DNA of 64,000 nucleotides from an uncultured Phycisphaerales bacterium (lineage in GTDB: Bacteria > Planctomycetota > Phycisphaerae > Tepidisphaerales > Tepidisphaeraceae): positions 96,001-160,000 of the forward strand of contig CAVWVQ010000001.1 in the NCBI GenBank assembly GCA_963758525.1, written 5' to 3'. The stretch's first letter is position 1. Each line of letters starts with the position of its first letter. Positions 39,648 through 51,462 of this stretch are shown here, piece by piece. A program made the position numbers and the translations under genes. The notes under the pieces are model-generated. The model saw nothing but the letters and a program-made list of their open reading frames with translations. It ran no database searches and was not told where the DNA came from.

Positions 39648-40949
39648 TCAATTGGTTTTGCCTGCGATACGGTCCGAGGTCTCGTCGTCCACGATTGGCA
39701 AGACGTGGCCTCCGTAGCGGATCACCGCGACCGTCGCGTCCTTCCCCTGTTTATCCAGCGCCATCTTCAGCGCCTCCTGGGCCGTATTGGCGTAGCGAAA
39801 GCCGATTTTTGTCGCGTCTTGCGCACGCACTCCCGGCGAGACCATAATGCAGTCGGTCTTGTCCACGATCTGGCAGACATCGGCGAGAATCGCCACGCCC
39901 ACCAGATCATCCACTTTCCCTTGCTGAACCAGCCGGACGATTTCCGCGTGCGGGCGATACCCGATCTCAAGCAGGTTCTCGTGGTTTTTGGCGATTCCCT
40001 CCGGGTTGGGCGAGACGAGGATCAGCGAGCCATTGTCCTTGACGGCCATGGTGCCGGCGTAAGGGCCTTTGGCACTTTGCCAGAAGTCGCGGTCGGCCGA
40101 GTGGGAATCAATCAGCACGATGTCCGCGCGGCTCGGAAGGTGCGCCGCGTAGACTTTGCGGCTGCGCTTGCAACCCTCGCGGTGCGCCTCGACAAAATCG
40201 CCGATGAAGCAGCCGACGACTTTGTGCCGGATGTCGTACACGACGTTGACGATGTACGACAGCCCCGCGAGCCGAGCCGCCTCTTCCATCCGCAGGCGCA
40301 TTGAATTCTCCGGAATGCCCATCACCGTTTCGGACATGTGCATCGACGCTTCCCATTGATTGCGTTCCATGATCTCCTTGCCGGCAATTCCCGGAATCAT
40401 GATCTTGGCCCCGCCGCTCAGACCCTTCACGCGGTGCGGCAGGATGGCTCCGACACCCAGGACGAAATCGAACTCGGTGACAAGTTTATTGACCGTGACG
40501 CGCGTCCCGTCGCGAGTGGCTCCAAAGTCGTGCAGGCTCTTGTAATCCTTGTAGTGATGCTCGTGAACCTTGTACTTGCCGTTGAACGTGCCGAGCTTTT
40601 TCTCCAGCTCCTCTGGGTTCATGGGCCGATGCGTGCCTGGCGCTTGAAGAAATTCGATCGCGTCGTCTTTGATGCCGGCCGCATGAATCTCGGCGAGCAC
40701 ATACGGCAGGATGCGGGCGGTCGGCGTCATTCGCGTGGCATCATCGATCAGAATCAGCACGCGGCGCTTGCCTTTGACTGCCTCGCGAAGGCGAGGCGCG
40801 CCAATGGGATGGGCAAATCCGCTCTTTAACACCGCCGCTTCATCCACGTCATCGAATGCCAGGGGAGAATAGACACCCATCAGATTTTGATCGCTAACGT
40901 CCAGCGGCGCGATCTTCTCATAGCCGGGGTATGGAAAGTCGATCCTCAA
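39648..40949 (-). CDS. larA: Nickel-pincer-dependent lactate racemase (LarA) family protein
   Basis: GGAGG + TTG start; LIDDATRMTP, PGTHRPM, VHEHH, LPHRVKGLSGGAKIMIPG. Confidence 0.85.
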   Translation of the reverse strand: MRIDFPYPGYEKIAPLDVSDQNLMGVYSPLAFDDVDEAAVLKSGFAHPIGAPRLREAVKGKRRVLILIDDATRMTPTARILPYVLAEIHAAGIKDDAIEFLQAPGTHRPMNPEELEKKLGTFNGKYKVHEHHYKDYKSLHDFGATRDGTRVTVNKLVTEFDFVLGVGAILPHRVKGLSGGAKIMIPGIAGKEIMERNQWEASMHMSETVMGIPENSMRLRMEEAARLAGLSYIVNVVYDIRHKVVGCFIGDFVEAHREGCKRSRKVYAAHLPSRADIVLIDSHSADRDFWQSAKGPYAGTMAVKDNGSLILVSPNPEGIAKNHENLLEIGYRPHAEIVRLVQQGKVDDLVGVAILADVCQIVDKTDCIMVSPGVRAQDATKIGFRYANTAQEALKMALDKQGKDATVAVIRYGGHVLPIVDDETSDRIAGKTN

Positions 40950-41364
40950 GGTGACTCCTCCGATCTGCGGATGGCGTCCGCGCGAACCTCGAATGTAATG
41001 CTAACACTGCGCCGAGTGCCGAGGACCGCGCCATTTGCTTGAGGACGACGAGTCTTTTGCTCGCTCTGTCGAACCTGCTTCAGGATGTGTCGCGCTGATC
41101 GAGCGCGGCGATGACTGCTTCACAGGTTGAGTTCTTTCGCTGGACGTCGTGCGATTGACGGGTGGGCAGTATTTCAAACGAACAGCCCGGCCCGATGCCG
41201 CGGCGCAGCGACCGTTCGCCTTTACCACCGGCTGCTCGGGAAACGGATGACCCGAATCGAGCAAATCACGCGTCGGTTCGAAGAAATGAGCTTAGCTGTC
41301 ACGGGCCTTAAACTATCGTGACGAAACATTTCGTTCGCCCGATTCTGTCACTTGGGAGGGTGGA

Positions 41365-41760
41365 TTGGAGCGATTTCAAGTGGTGGCTCGCCCGAAAAAG
41401 ATCTTGCTGGTGGAAGACCACAAGGACTCGGCCGCTTTGTTGGCGCGCATTCTGAGAAGCTACGGTCACAGCGTCACGATTGCCTGTTCGTGCGAAACCG
41501 CACGCCAATTGTTCGCGACAGAACGGTTTGACCTGCTGCTGATGGACATCCGCCTCCCCGATGGCGACGGTTGCGACCTGCTGGAGGAGCTGGCCCTGAT
41601 GCGAAACATTCCCGCAATTGCGGTCACTGGCTACGGAATGCCAGTTGACACCCAGCGATTCAAATCCGCGGGATTCGTCGCGACGCTGATCAAGCCGTTC
41701 CAACTTTCAGCTTTGCAAGATGTGCTGGCTGCCATACCGGCCAACTCCGCAGGCGCTTGA
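41365..41760 (+). CDS. Single-domain response regulator (CheY-like)
   Basis: ILLVEDH, DLLLMDIRLPDGDG, AVTGYG, LIKPF. Confidence 0.9.
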   Translation: MERFQVVARPKKILLVEDHKDSAALLARILRSYGHSVTIACSCETARQLFATERFDLLLMDIRLPDGDGCDLLEELALMRNIPAIAVTGYGMPVDTQRFKSAGFVATLIKPFQLSALQDVLAAIPANSAGA

Positions 41761-41787
41761 GCACAGGCGCTGGAAACGGAACAGGAT

Positions 41788-42449
41788 TCAATGCAACGCC
41801 GTCACGCCTTGACGGATTGCGTAATGGGTCAGCTCCGCGACGCTATCAAGCTTGAGCTTGTCCATCACCTGCCGGCGGTGGGTGTCCACCGTTTTCGCGC
41901 TCAACTTCAGTATCATTGCGATTTGTTTGGAGCTCTTGCCGTCGGCGACAAGCTGTAGAACTTCGCGCTCGCGGGGTGTCAAGGTGCCGCCGCAGAATTT
42001 GCTGCTGTTGACTCCATCAACGCAACCCTTGACGACCACTCCCGCCACCTTCGGGCTCAGATAAACCTCGCCCGCCGCCACCGCGCGGATGGCGGCGACC
42101 AGTTCAGCGAAGGGACAATCCTTCAGCAGAAAACCAGACGCGCCAACGGCAAGCATTGCAGTGACGAACTCCCGTTCCAAATGCATGGACAAGCCGACAA
42201 CCTTCACCTGGGGATGCGCCGCCTTGACTTGCCGGGTTGCCTCGATGCCGTTCAGTCCCGGCATCGTGACGTCCATGACCATTACCTGTGCTCTTGAATC
42301 AGCGGCCAGTTCCACGGCCGAACGTCCATCACCTGCGTCGGTAATCACCTCGAGGCCTGGCTGGTCCGACAGCATGTTTCGCAAGCTTCGCGGAACATCT
42401 GATGGTCGTCGGCCAGCACAATTCCAATATTGGCTCCTTCCGTTTTCAC
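41788..42449 (-). CDS. NarL/LuxR-family response regulator (frameshift near 42387)
   Basis: IVLADDHQMFRE in the upstream frame starting at GTG 42449 (overlaps the kinase stop); MDVTMPGLNG; LTPREREVLQLVADG. Confidence 0.9.
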
Positions 42450-43926
42450 GAAATAGTCCTCTCTGTAGCCACTGAAGTCAGTGGTACGATGAGCCTAACA
42501 GATGAGCCATTTCCTGCCTGCGCTTGTATTTCCATTCGTCCTCCCAGCCCGGCCAGCCGTTGACGAATGTTGAACAGCCCGAAGCCCCCGGTTTGTCTTG
42601 CCTGAGGGTTCGCCAAGGCTTGACTACATCCTGCTCCGTCGTCTTTTACGGTGAGCTTCGCATTTTGCCCATCGCGCTCGATGAAAACAGTGCAGGTGCG
42701 CACGTTGGCGTGCTTCGACACATTCAACAGCAGTTCCTGCACCGCCGCAAAGGCAATCAGCCTCGCGGCGTCCGAAAGAGGCTTGGTTTGACCATCATCC
42801 TGCACCTCGACATTAAGCCCGTATTGCTCTCGAGCCCGCCCGGCCAGCCAGCGAACTGCCGCCTCGAGACCGAGCTCATATAACACCGGCGGACTGATCT
42901 CCCATGTCAGTGATCGGGTACGACTGATCGTCTCCTCGATGAGGCCGTGGATCATCATGAGGCGTCCGGCAAGGGGCTTGGCCAGTTCAGATTCCACGGC
43001 CGCCCCCAACTGAAGCTTGGCAACCGCCAGCGTCTGCCCGATCGAATCGTGCAGCACTGTCGCGATGCGCCGTCGCTCGCGCTCCTCAGCGAGCATGAGC
43101 TCCGATGACAGCGCAACCAGTTGTTCCTGGTGCGCGCGCAGCTCATGCTCGACGCGCTTGAGATCGGTCAGGTCCAGTGCGAATCCGACGCATTCATCCG
43201 GCGGATCGTCCAGCATCGCGCAGCCCACCAGCACGGGAACACGCCGCCCATCCGGGAGCACATGCTCTTTTTCATAGGGAGTGCAGACGCGACGGGTTTT
43301 TAGCTCCTCGATCGCCTTGCTGTCGAGGTGGCGATGCTCCGGTGCCGTAATCGAGAGCCAATTCACGTCGTGCCGTTGTATTTCTTCCCGCCTGCAGCCA
43401 ACAAGCCGGCGAAATTCATTATTGCCCGCGCGCACATCACCGGCCAGGTCAGAAAAGAATACGGCGATCATGTTGGCTTCAGATAGCGCCTGGCGCGCGC
43501 CTCGCTCCGTCGCGCTTTGCGCTCGCTGATTTCGCACCGCCGTTTTGATCTGAGCAACTGGCCGTTTAGATAGGAAATCAGCATCCCCACAAGCGAAAAT
43601 AGCAATACTCGCGCGATGTCCCCAGATTGTTTCAACCCAAAAGAATGGGGCGGATTGAACAGGTAGTAGTCTACAGCCATTGCTCCGATGGCAATGACAA
43701 GGACGCCCGGTCCGAAACCCCCGTACCACGAACTGATAGCCACGGCGGCATAGAACAGCAGGAACGGAACAGGCTCGCCCAATCTGTGGTGCAACGCCGC
43801 CACGGCACCGAAGGCCATCGCCGAAGCTAGAACGGCCAGCCCATAGCGGCGTACAACCTGCGTCGGGTGGTCGTCGGAATCTCCGGAAATTTGTGTTGCC
43901 CGTCGCAATGGCTCAGCGTATCGCAT
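42446..43926 (-). CDS. Sensor histidine kinase: membrane (DUF4118-like) + PAS + HisKA_3 + HATPase (frameshift near 43495)
   Basis: FLLFYAAVAISSWYGGFGPG; PYEKE PAS; EERERRRIATVLHDSIGQ; QELLLNVSKHA; DDGAG; GFGL. Confidence 0.88.
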
Positions 43927-43984
43927 TTCCGCAGCGGTGCGAATCGTGAATCGCTTCGACGTGTCCGATCGCGGTGGAACTGTC

Positions 43985-44270
43985 AGGCCTTTACTGGAGA
44001 TTTTCTCGCTTCTGATCGGCCGAGGCCCAGCCCCTCCACCGCCTGGACTCCGTGATACCCGAGGACGGTGTTATCCCGCAACTGGCGGTCCGCTTGAACA
44101 TGCGTTTGGACAACCATTCGCCGGTGACGCGGTGGTGTTCAGCGCGGCTTGCAACGGTGCCGTGGGCGCCGAGCCAACATCGCGGCCGCTCAAGGTGACA
44201 ACGGTTTGTCCGCTCTGGCGATGCAGGCGGTAGGAGGGGACTGAGCTTTCTTGGAGCTTTGGCGTTGCAG
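43985..44270 (-). pseudogene. Degraded tyrosine integrase remnant
   Basis: VPSYRLHRQSGQTVVTLSGRDV / WLGAHGTVASRAEHHRVTGEWL and later AVEGLGLGRSEARK resemble planctomycete integrase N-terminal parts; frameshifted, catalytic domain absent; adjacent to the tRNA. Confidence 0.7.
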
Positions 44271-44371
44271 TGCTCCAGATAGCCAAAAACGGAAGTCTTC
44301 CGTTTTTTCTGACCGCACTGCCTTCACGTGAGCAGGTGAGTTAACTTAAATCTCGGCGTATTTTACTTCGA

Positions 44372-44445
44372 TGGGCGATGAGGGGCTCGAACCCCCGACC
44401 TCACGGGTGTGATCCGTGCACTCTGGCCAACTGAGCTAATCGCCC
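44372..44445 (-). tRNA. tRNA-Val (anticodon CAC)
   Basis: Reverse complement GGGCGATTAGCTCAGTTGGCCAGAGTGCACGGATCACACCCGTGAGGTCGGGGGTTCGAGCCCCTCATCGCCCA folds as a cloverleaf; CCA not encoded. Confidence 0.96.
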
Positions 44446-44484
44446 GACGGCATGCACTGTACGAATGCCACGACGACAAATCAA

Positions 44485-44890
44485 TTAAAAGTTACACCCC
44501 CTGCGGGCGTACGCGACGATTTGCTCAACGAGCGGCGCGTTCGCCTCGGGGAAGGGAAGTTCCGCGAGCCGATCGCATTGGATCCATCTCACCTCCTGGC
44601 TCGCCAGAGCTTTCGGCTCGCCGGCGTCGATGCGGCAGAGCAAAGGGGTCAGCCGGACATGGATGGTCGGGTAGTCGAAATCGACCGGATCGAATGCGCC
44701 GATGATCCGCGCTGATGCCGAGTTCTTCGGTCAACTCGCGCGCCAACGTCTGGTGAACCGTCTCTCCTTCTTCGCGCTTTCCGCCGGGGAATTCCCAGAG
44801 GCCGGCGAACGCGCCGGCATCAAGCCGACGGCAAACGAGCACGGTTTGATCGCGAAGGATGATTCCGAGGACGACCTCGACTCGCCGCAT
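44485..44890 (-). CDS. mutT: NUDIX hydrolase, MutT-like (frameshift near 44708)
   Basis: GLWEFPGGKREEGET..ARELTEELGI; corrected frame continues FDYP..VRWI..LPFPEAN. Confidence 0.8.
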
Positions 44891-45061
44891 TCACCCTTTG
44901 TACGCGCAGGCCGAAGCGGCCGCCAACAAATCTTCGACGCCACCGCGTGTGCGGAACGGGTCGGTTCGCCCCCTGAAAAGAAAGATTTGAAAATTTTATA
45001 AAGCCATTGTTAGCATGATTTTATATAGCAAAATCCCTCCTCGGGATCAGTTTTCATTGAA

Positions 45062-45091
45062 TTGACAAGCCGTGCGAGGCAGCGGTATATT
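45062..45091 (+). promoter_or_regulatory. Sigma70-type promoter
   Basis: TTGACA-N18-TATATT with an AT-rich upstream region. Confidence 0.6.
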
Positions 45092-45154
45092 TCCGGGGGT
45101 CTTTTGAGTCTTCTGACGACGAACTTTCGAAATACGGCTCCAATGCCGTGGCGC

Positions 45155-45200
45155 GCTTCCGGAGGTGGACAGGAGCCACCCCTCCGGAAGCTTTTTTTTT
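45155..45200 (+). terminator. Intrinsic terminator in the pyrK leader
   Basis: gcttccggagg...cctccggaagc stem followed by T9. Confidence 0.85.
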
Positions 45201-45226
45201 GATTCGTGCCATCGGGAAAAGCACCC

Positions 45227-46186
45227 ATGATCGCGGCTCCACGCAGCCAGTTTGTCTCGAGGGTTGTCTCCAACACATTTCTTTGCCGGGAACATTACCG
45301 GCTTGTGCTGCGCGTCGCGTCGTTTCCGCCGACAGAGCCGGGGCAGTTTGTGCAGATCTCCTGCCGGGCAATGGATGCGGATGATCAGGCCGAAATGGAA
45401 CTGACGTGGAGCGAAGAGCAGCTTCCCAAGCTTGCCGGGAATGACTTGAGATCTCCCAGCGCGGTCCTTCGCCGGCCCTTCTCGCTGGCGGGACGACGCG
45501 ATACGCAAGGAGGCGCCGAGCTTGAGATCATTCACCGCGTTGTCGGCGTCGGCACCGAATGGCTCAGCAAGCTCGCGGCAGGTGACGAAGTCCATCTCCT
45601 TGGGCCGTTGGGCAACCGCTTTATGCTTCCTCCTGAGGATGTGCCGGCCGTGCTGGTTGGCGGCGGCGTGGGAATCCCCCCCATGCTCTATCTCGCCCAG
45701 CGCCTGGCGGGACGAACCGCCGTCGCGTTCTGCGGCGCGCTGAGCCGGGATTTGCTTCCGTTCACCCTCAACGAGCCAAGGCGGGCCGCGACCGCGCGTG
45801 CTTCGGTGGATGCGGTTCGGCCGGAGTTGATCGTGGAAGAGTTCGCCCGCCATGGGATCCCTTCAGTCATCACCACCGACGACGGGTCGTTCGGCTTCCG
45901 CGGATTCGTCACGCAGGCGTTGGAACAGTATCTCGATGCCCGCAATGCAAACCCGGTCATATACACCTGCGGCCCCGAGCCCATGATGAAACGCGTGGCG
46001 GAAATCGCCGCGGCCCGTGGCTTGGAGTGTCAGATTGCCGTCGAGCGCACGATGGCCTGCGGCATGGGAACGTGTCAAAGCTGCGTCATTCGAGTTCGGC
46101 GTCCAGCGACCGCCGGCCGTGATTGGGTCTACCGCCTCGCCTGCACCGATGGTCCGATCTTCAGAGGGGACGAATTGCTGTGGTAG
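45227..46186 (+). CDS. pyrK: Dihydroorotate dehydrogenase B electron transfer subunit
   Basis: PGQFV, LRRPFSL, LGPLGNRF, VGGGVGIPP, YTCGPEPMM, ERTMACGMGTCQSC..LACTDGPIF. Confidence 0.9.
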   Translation: MIAAPRSQFVSRVVSNTFLCREHYRLVLRVASFPPTEPGQFVQISCRAMDADDQAEMELTWSEEQLPKLAGNDLRSPSAVLRRPFSLAGRRDTQGGAELEIIHRVVGVGTEWLSKLAAGDEVHLLGPLGNRFMLPPEDVPAVLVGGGVGIPPMLYLAQRLAGRTAVAFCGALSRDLLPFTLNEPRRAATARASVDAVRPELIVEEFARHGIPSVITTDDGSFGFRGFVTQALEQYLDARNANPVIYTCGPEPMMKRVAEIAAARGLECQIAVERTMACGMGTCQSCVIRVRRPATAGRDWVYRLACTDGPIFRGDELLW

Positions 46187-46195
46187 GGGGGAAAG

Positions 46196-46405
46196 GGCAG
46201 AGGAAGGCACGAAGGGGGAGGAAGGCACGGAGGCACGAAGGGTGAGGAAGGGGATTCTATAAAAACAGATTCCCGCCGCGCAGCGTCCTTCCCTTCGTGC
46301 CTCCGTGCCTTCGTGCCTTCGTGCCTTTCCCTCCCCGTGCCTTTCCCTCCCCGTGCCTTTCCCTCCCCGTGCCTTCCCCTCCCCGTGCCTTCCCCTCCCT
46401 CCCCC
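46196..46405. repeat. Purine/pyrimidine-biased inverted and tandem repeats
   Basis: aaggcacg units versus cttcgtgc units, then about 5 copies of gtgcctt(t/c)ccctcccc; related aaggcacg run at about 49822-49860. Confidence 0.75.
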
Positions 46406-46459
46406 ACCCCGTCGTCTTGACATGCCTCGACCCCCTTCCTATCGTGCCCAAACCCTTAG

Positions 46460-47521
<1,062 letters not shown>

Positions 47522-47664
47522 CCAGGAATTGCGTTGAGCGAAGAACAGAGTTGATCGTTTCAGGAAAGTCTCTACACTCGCGTATGCGGCGTGGCGATGA
47601 TGCTGCGGGCCGCGCAGAACCTCCGCCGCCCAGATTGGCAGAAGACGTTGACGGAGTTAACAGA

Positions 47665-48771
47665 ATGGCTGTAGCCAACGAAGTGGAAGCGCGATCGGCC
47701 GGCCGGAAAGGCGCAGCCGCATCCTCGTCGACACCCTCGCAAACCAATGGCAATGGGCACGCGCTGAGCACGGACGCGGAAACTCAAATCGACCGGCTGC
47801 GCATGATGATGCTCATCCGCCGATTTGAAGAACAGACCTTTCGCGAATACACCAAGCCTGGGCAGAAGATCGGCGGATTTTGTCATCTGTACAGCGGGCA
47901 GGAAGCGATCGCCGTCGGCACGGCTGCTCTGTTCGACAAGAAGCGAGATTACCTGGTCAACGGCTACCGCTGCCACGGTCACAGCCTGGCGCTGGGCATG
48001 TCGCCTCACGTTGCAATGGCAGAGTTGTTCGGCAAGGGAACCGGCTGCTCAAAGGGGAAGGGCGGGTCGATGCATCTGTTCGATGTATCGGTCGGCAACA
48101 TGGGCGGCCATGGAATCGTCGGCGGGCAACTCCCTCTGGGAACGGGATTCGCCTTCGCCCAGCATTATAAGAAGACCGGCGGCGTAACGTTCACCTTCAT
48201 GGGTGACGGCGCAATCAACCAGGGGACGCACAACGAATCATTGAACCTCGCCAGCCTTTACAAGCTCCCCTGCATCTTTGTGGTGGAGAACAATGGCGTG
48301 GCGATGGGGACGCAAGTCGAACGCTCCAGCGCCGAGAAGGATCTTGCCGAGCGCGGCTCGGGATATGCCATGCCGCACTATCATGTCGACGGCAACGATG
48401 TTGACATCGTCATCGCGGAATTTGGAAAAGCCGTCGAGCGGGGCCGTTCCGGCAAGGGGCCCAGCTATATCGTCGCCGACACCTATCGCTTTCGCGGCCA
48501 CTCCACATCCGATCCTCAGAAATATCGCAAACTTAAAGATGGAAGCTGGGCGCCCGAGGTGGAGGAAGCCCGCAAGCGCGATCCGATTACCTGCTATCAG
48601 GCCCGCCTCGTGGAGAAGGGTATCATCACCGCGGAAAAGGCCGAGGCGATGGAGCAGGAAGTAGCCGACGAAGTTGCCGCCGCCATCGAGAAGGCGGATG
48701 CCGACTCGTTCCCCGATCTGAACGACCGGTTCAATGACGTGCTTGCGGAAAAGTATCCCGTGAAAAACTAG
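47665..48771 (+). CDS. pdhA: Pyruvate dehydrogenase E1 alpha
   Basis: GFCHLYSGQEA, KGKGGSMH, GDGAINQG..ENN, TYRFRGHS. Confidence 0.95.
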   Translation: MAVANEVEARSAGRKGAAASSSTPSQTNGNGHALSTDAETQIDRLRMMMLIRRFEEQTFREYTKPGQKIGGFCHLYSGQEAIAVGTAALFDKKRDYLVNGYRCHGHSLALGMSPHVAMAELFGKGTGCSKGKGGSMHLFDVSVGNMGGHGIVGGQLPLGTGFAFAQHYKKTGGVTFTFMGDGAINQGTHNESLNLASLYKLPCIFVVENNGVAMGTQVERSSAEKDLAERGSGYAMPHYHVDGNDVDIVIAEFGKAVERGRSGKGPSYIVADTYRFRGHSTSDPQKYRKLKDGSWAPEVEEARKRDPITCYQARLVEKGIITAEKAEAMEQEVADEVAAAIEKADADSFPDLNDRFNDVLAEKYPVKN

Positions 48772-48839
48772 TTGTGCCATTCGGCGGATCAGCGTCTGAT
48801 CCGCGTTGCCCGCTCTTCAACGCCTAACCCCCCAAACCC

Positions 48840-49823
48840 ATGCCCCAGATGCAATTTCGCGAGGCTCTCCGCTCGGCCATGATCGAGGAGATGGATCGCG
48901 ACGAAAATGTCTTCCTGATGGGCGAGGAAGTCGCCGAGTACAGCGGCGCATACAAGGTTTCCGAGGGGATGCTCGAGAGATTTGGGCCCTCGCGGATCAT
49001 CGATACCCCTATCAGCGAGTCCGGATTCTCCGGACTGGGCGTTGGCGCCGCGATGTGCGGCCTTCGGCCCATCATCGAGTTCATGAGCTGGTCGTTCACG
49101 CTCGTCTGCATGGATCAGATCGTGAACAATGCCGCCAACGTGCGCTACATGTCGGGCGGGCAGTTCAAGGTGCCGATCGTCTTCCGCGGTGGAAATGGAA
49201 TCGCCCACCAGCTAGCGGCGACGCACAGCCATCGAATGGAAAGCATCTACGCGCGAATCCCCGGCCTGATCGTAGTTGCTCCATCGACTCCCGCCGATGC
49301 GAAGGGCCTGCTCAAAACATCGATCCGCTGCGATGATCCGGTGATCTTTCTCGAATCCGAGAAGATTCTCAATGAAGTCGGCGAGGTCCCTGACGGCGAT
49401 TTTGTTCTCCCGCTCGGCAAGGCAAACGTCGAGCGCGAAGGGAAGGACGTGACGCTCATCAGCTACGGTCGGCCGATGCAGCGCGTGGTACGCTCCGCAG
49501 TCGCCGCGCTGGTCGATACGCATGGCATCGACGTCGAGCTGATCGACCTGCGAACACTTCGACCGCTTGATATGGAGACGATTCTCGCGTCGATCAGGAA
49601 GACCAATCGCTGCGTGATCGTCGACGAGGACTGGGGTTATTGCGGAATGGGATCCGGCATCCTCTACAAGATTCAGAAGCCGGCGTTCGATGATCTGGAC
49701 GCGCCGATCGAATACGTTCACAGCGACGAAATTCCAGTTCCGTTCAGCCATCCGCTGGAGGAGGCGATGCTCCCCAGCGTCGACCGAATCGTCACGGCGG
49801 TCAAAGAGGTTACATACCGATGA
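48840..49823 (+). CDS. pdhB: Pyruvate dehydrogenase E1 beta
   Basis: FLMGEEV, DTPISESGF, RPIIEFM, IDLRTLRPLD. Confidence 0.95.
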   Translation: MPQMQFREALRSAMIEEMDRDENVFLMGEEVAEYSGAYKVSEGMLERFGPSRIIDTPISESGFSGLGVGAAMCGLRPIIEFMSWSFTLVCMDQIVNNAANVRYMSGGQFKVPIVFRGGNGIAHQLAATHSHRMESIYARIPGLIVVAPSTPADAKGLLKTSIRCDDPVIFLESEKILNEVGEVPDGDFVLPLGKANVEREGKDVTLISYGRPMQRVVRSAVAALVDTHGIDVELIDLRTLRPLDMETILASIRKTNRCVIVDEDWGYCGMGSGILYKIQKPAFDDLDAPIEYVHSDEIPVPFSHPLEEAMLPSVDRIVTAVKEVTYR

Positions 49824-49956
49824 AGGCACGGAGGCACAAAGGCACGCAGGCACGAAGGGAAGAGAGCGACATGCGAGTTATTCTTCACATGATTCGCGCG
49901 ACCGATGTTCGGTGTGAAGTGCTGTTTCCGTGAGTTAATCAGAGGCTCAAGTTCCT

Positions 49957-51344
49957 ATGCCTTCCGAAATCACCATGCCTCAGCTCTCGGACACCATGGC
50001 CGAGGGCACTGTCGTGAAGTGGCGCAAGAACGAAGGGGACCGCGTGAAGGCGGGCGACATCGTTGCCGAGATCGAAACCGACAAGGCAACCATGGAGATG
50101 GAGGCTTTCGAGGCGGGCACTCTGGCGTTCATCGCCGTGCCCGAAGGGGGCAAAGTCGCCGTTGGCGCCACTATCGCGATACTCGCGATCGGCAAAGAGA
50201 ACTCCGCCGATGTGAAGAAGCAGTTCGCGTCGAGGAAGACTGCGGCATCGTCCGCCACGGCCCCTGCGCCAGTCACGGCCGAAGCTGCCACGACTGCTGA
50301 AGCTTCAATCCCTCCGCAACAGGCGCCTGCGTCGGCGGTCGCCACGCTGGAGTCAGCGGTGAGCGGCGAATTGCATGAACCCGATGAAGTGGGGCATCAC
50401 GCCACGCGGAGCGTCGTTCCTCCAAACGAAACGGCCGCCGCTCCCAACGGCAGCAATGGCGGCCGAGTGCGCATCTCCCCGCTGGCGAAGCGCATCGCCG
50501 CGGATAAGGGCTTCGACATCGCACAGATTACCGGCACTGGCCCGCAGGGACGAATTATCCAGCGCGACGTGCTGAATTTTACCGCGCCCGTCGCGCGCTC
50601 CGCCCCTGCGGCTCTCGCGCCGGCGGTTCTTGCCGCCGCCTCGCGACCCCCAACGGGCGCCAAGACGGTCATCCCGCTGACAAAGATGCGGGCGGTGATC
50701 GCGCAACGCCTCCAGCAGTCGAAGCAGACGCTCCCGCATTTCTACGAGACGGTCGACATCGACGTCGAGGCCGTTTCCCAATTGCGCGTTCGCCTGAATC
50801 AACAACTGGAAGCCCAGAAAATTCGCCTGTCCATCGGCGACTTCGTCGCCAAGGCCGTTGCCGTCACTCTGCTGCGTCATCCCGGCTTGAACGCCACGTT
50901 CGACGGCAAGGAAATCACCCGCCACGCCTCGGTCAACCTCGGTATCGCGGTAGCCCTCCCCGAAGGCCTGATCGTCCCCGTCCTGCGCGGAATCGATCAA
51001 CTGGGCCTGCGCGAGATCCGCCTGCGCAGCGCCGACCTCGTCGAGCGCGCCGCGCCCAGCGCCTCAAGCAGGACGAACTTTCCGGGGCGACCTTCTCTGT
51101 CAGCAACCTCGGCACCTTCGGCGTCCGCGAGTTCAGCGCCATCATCAATCCCCCCGAAGTCGGCATTCTCGCCGTCGCCGCGGCCGAGAAGCGGGCCGTC
51201 GTCCGCAACGATCAGATCGTCGCCCGCACGATGATGACCGTTACGCTCTCGGCCGATCACCGCGTCGTCGACGGCGCCGCGGCAGCCGAGTTCCTCCGCA
51301 CGCTCAAGACGCTGCTGGAAGAGCCGGGGTTGATGCTCGCCTGA
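49957..51344 (+). CDS. pdhC: Pyruvate dehydrogenase E2 dihydrolipoamide acetyltransferase (frameshift near 51050)
   Basis: EIETDKATME lipoyl domain; ISPLAKRIA E3-binding domain; corrected frame TFSVSNLG..TLSADHRVVDGA ends at TGA 51344. Confidence 0.93.
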
Positions 51345-51462
51345 CTCCCGTCGCGGCGCAACTCGTCCACCCCGGGGATGCTACGCCAATCAGGACGTTC
51401 CGCACCCGCGGGCCTCGCAATACAATTCTTCTGTCCCGACAAACCGGAAACAGGAGAAATCC

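Larger units (their letters stand above)
31304..44413. mobile_element. About 13.1 kb genomic island integrated at tRNA-Val(CAC), integrase decayed
   Basis: Direct repeat of the tRNA 3' end at both borders; integrase remnant next to the tRNA. Confidence 0.85.
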
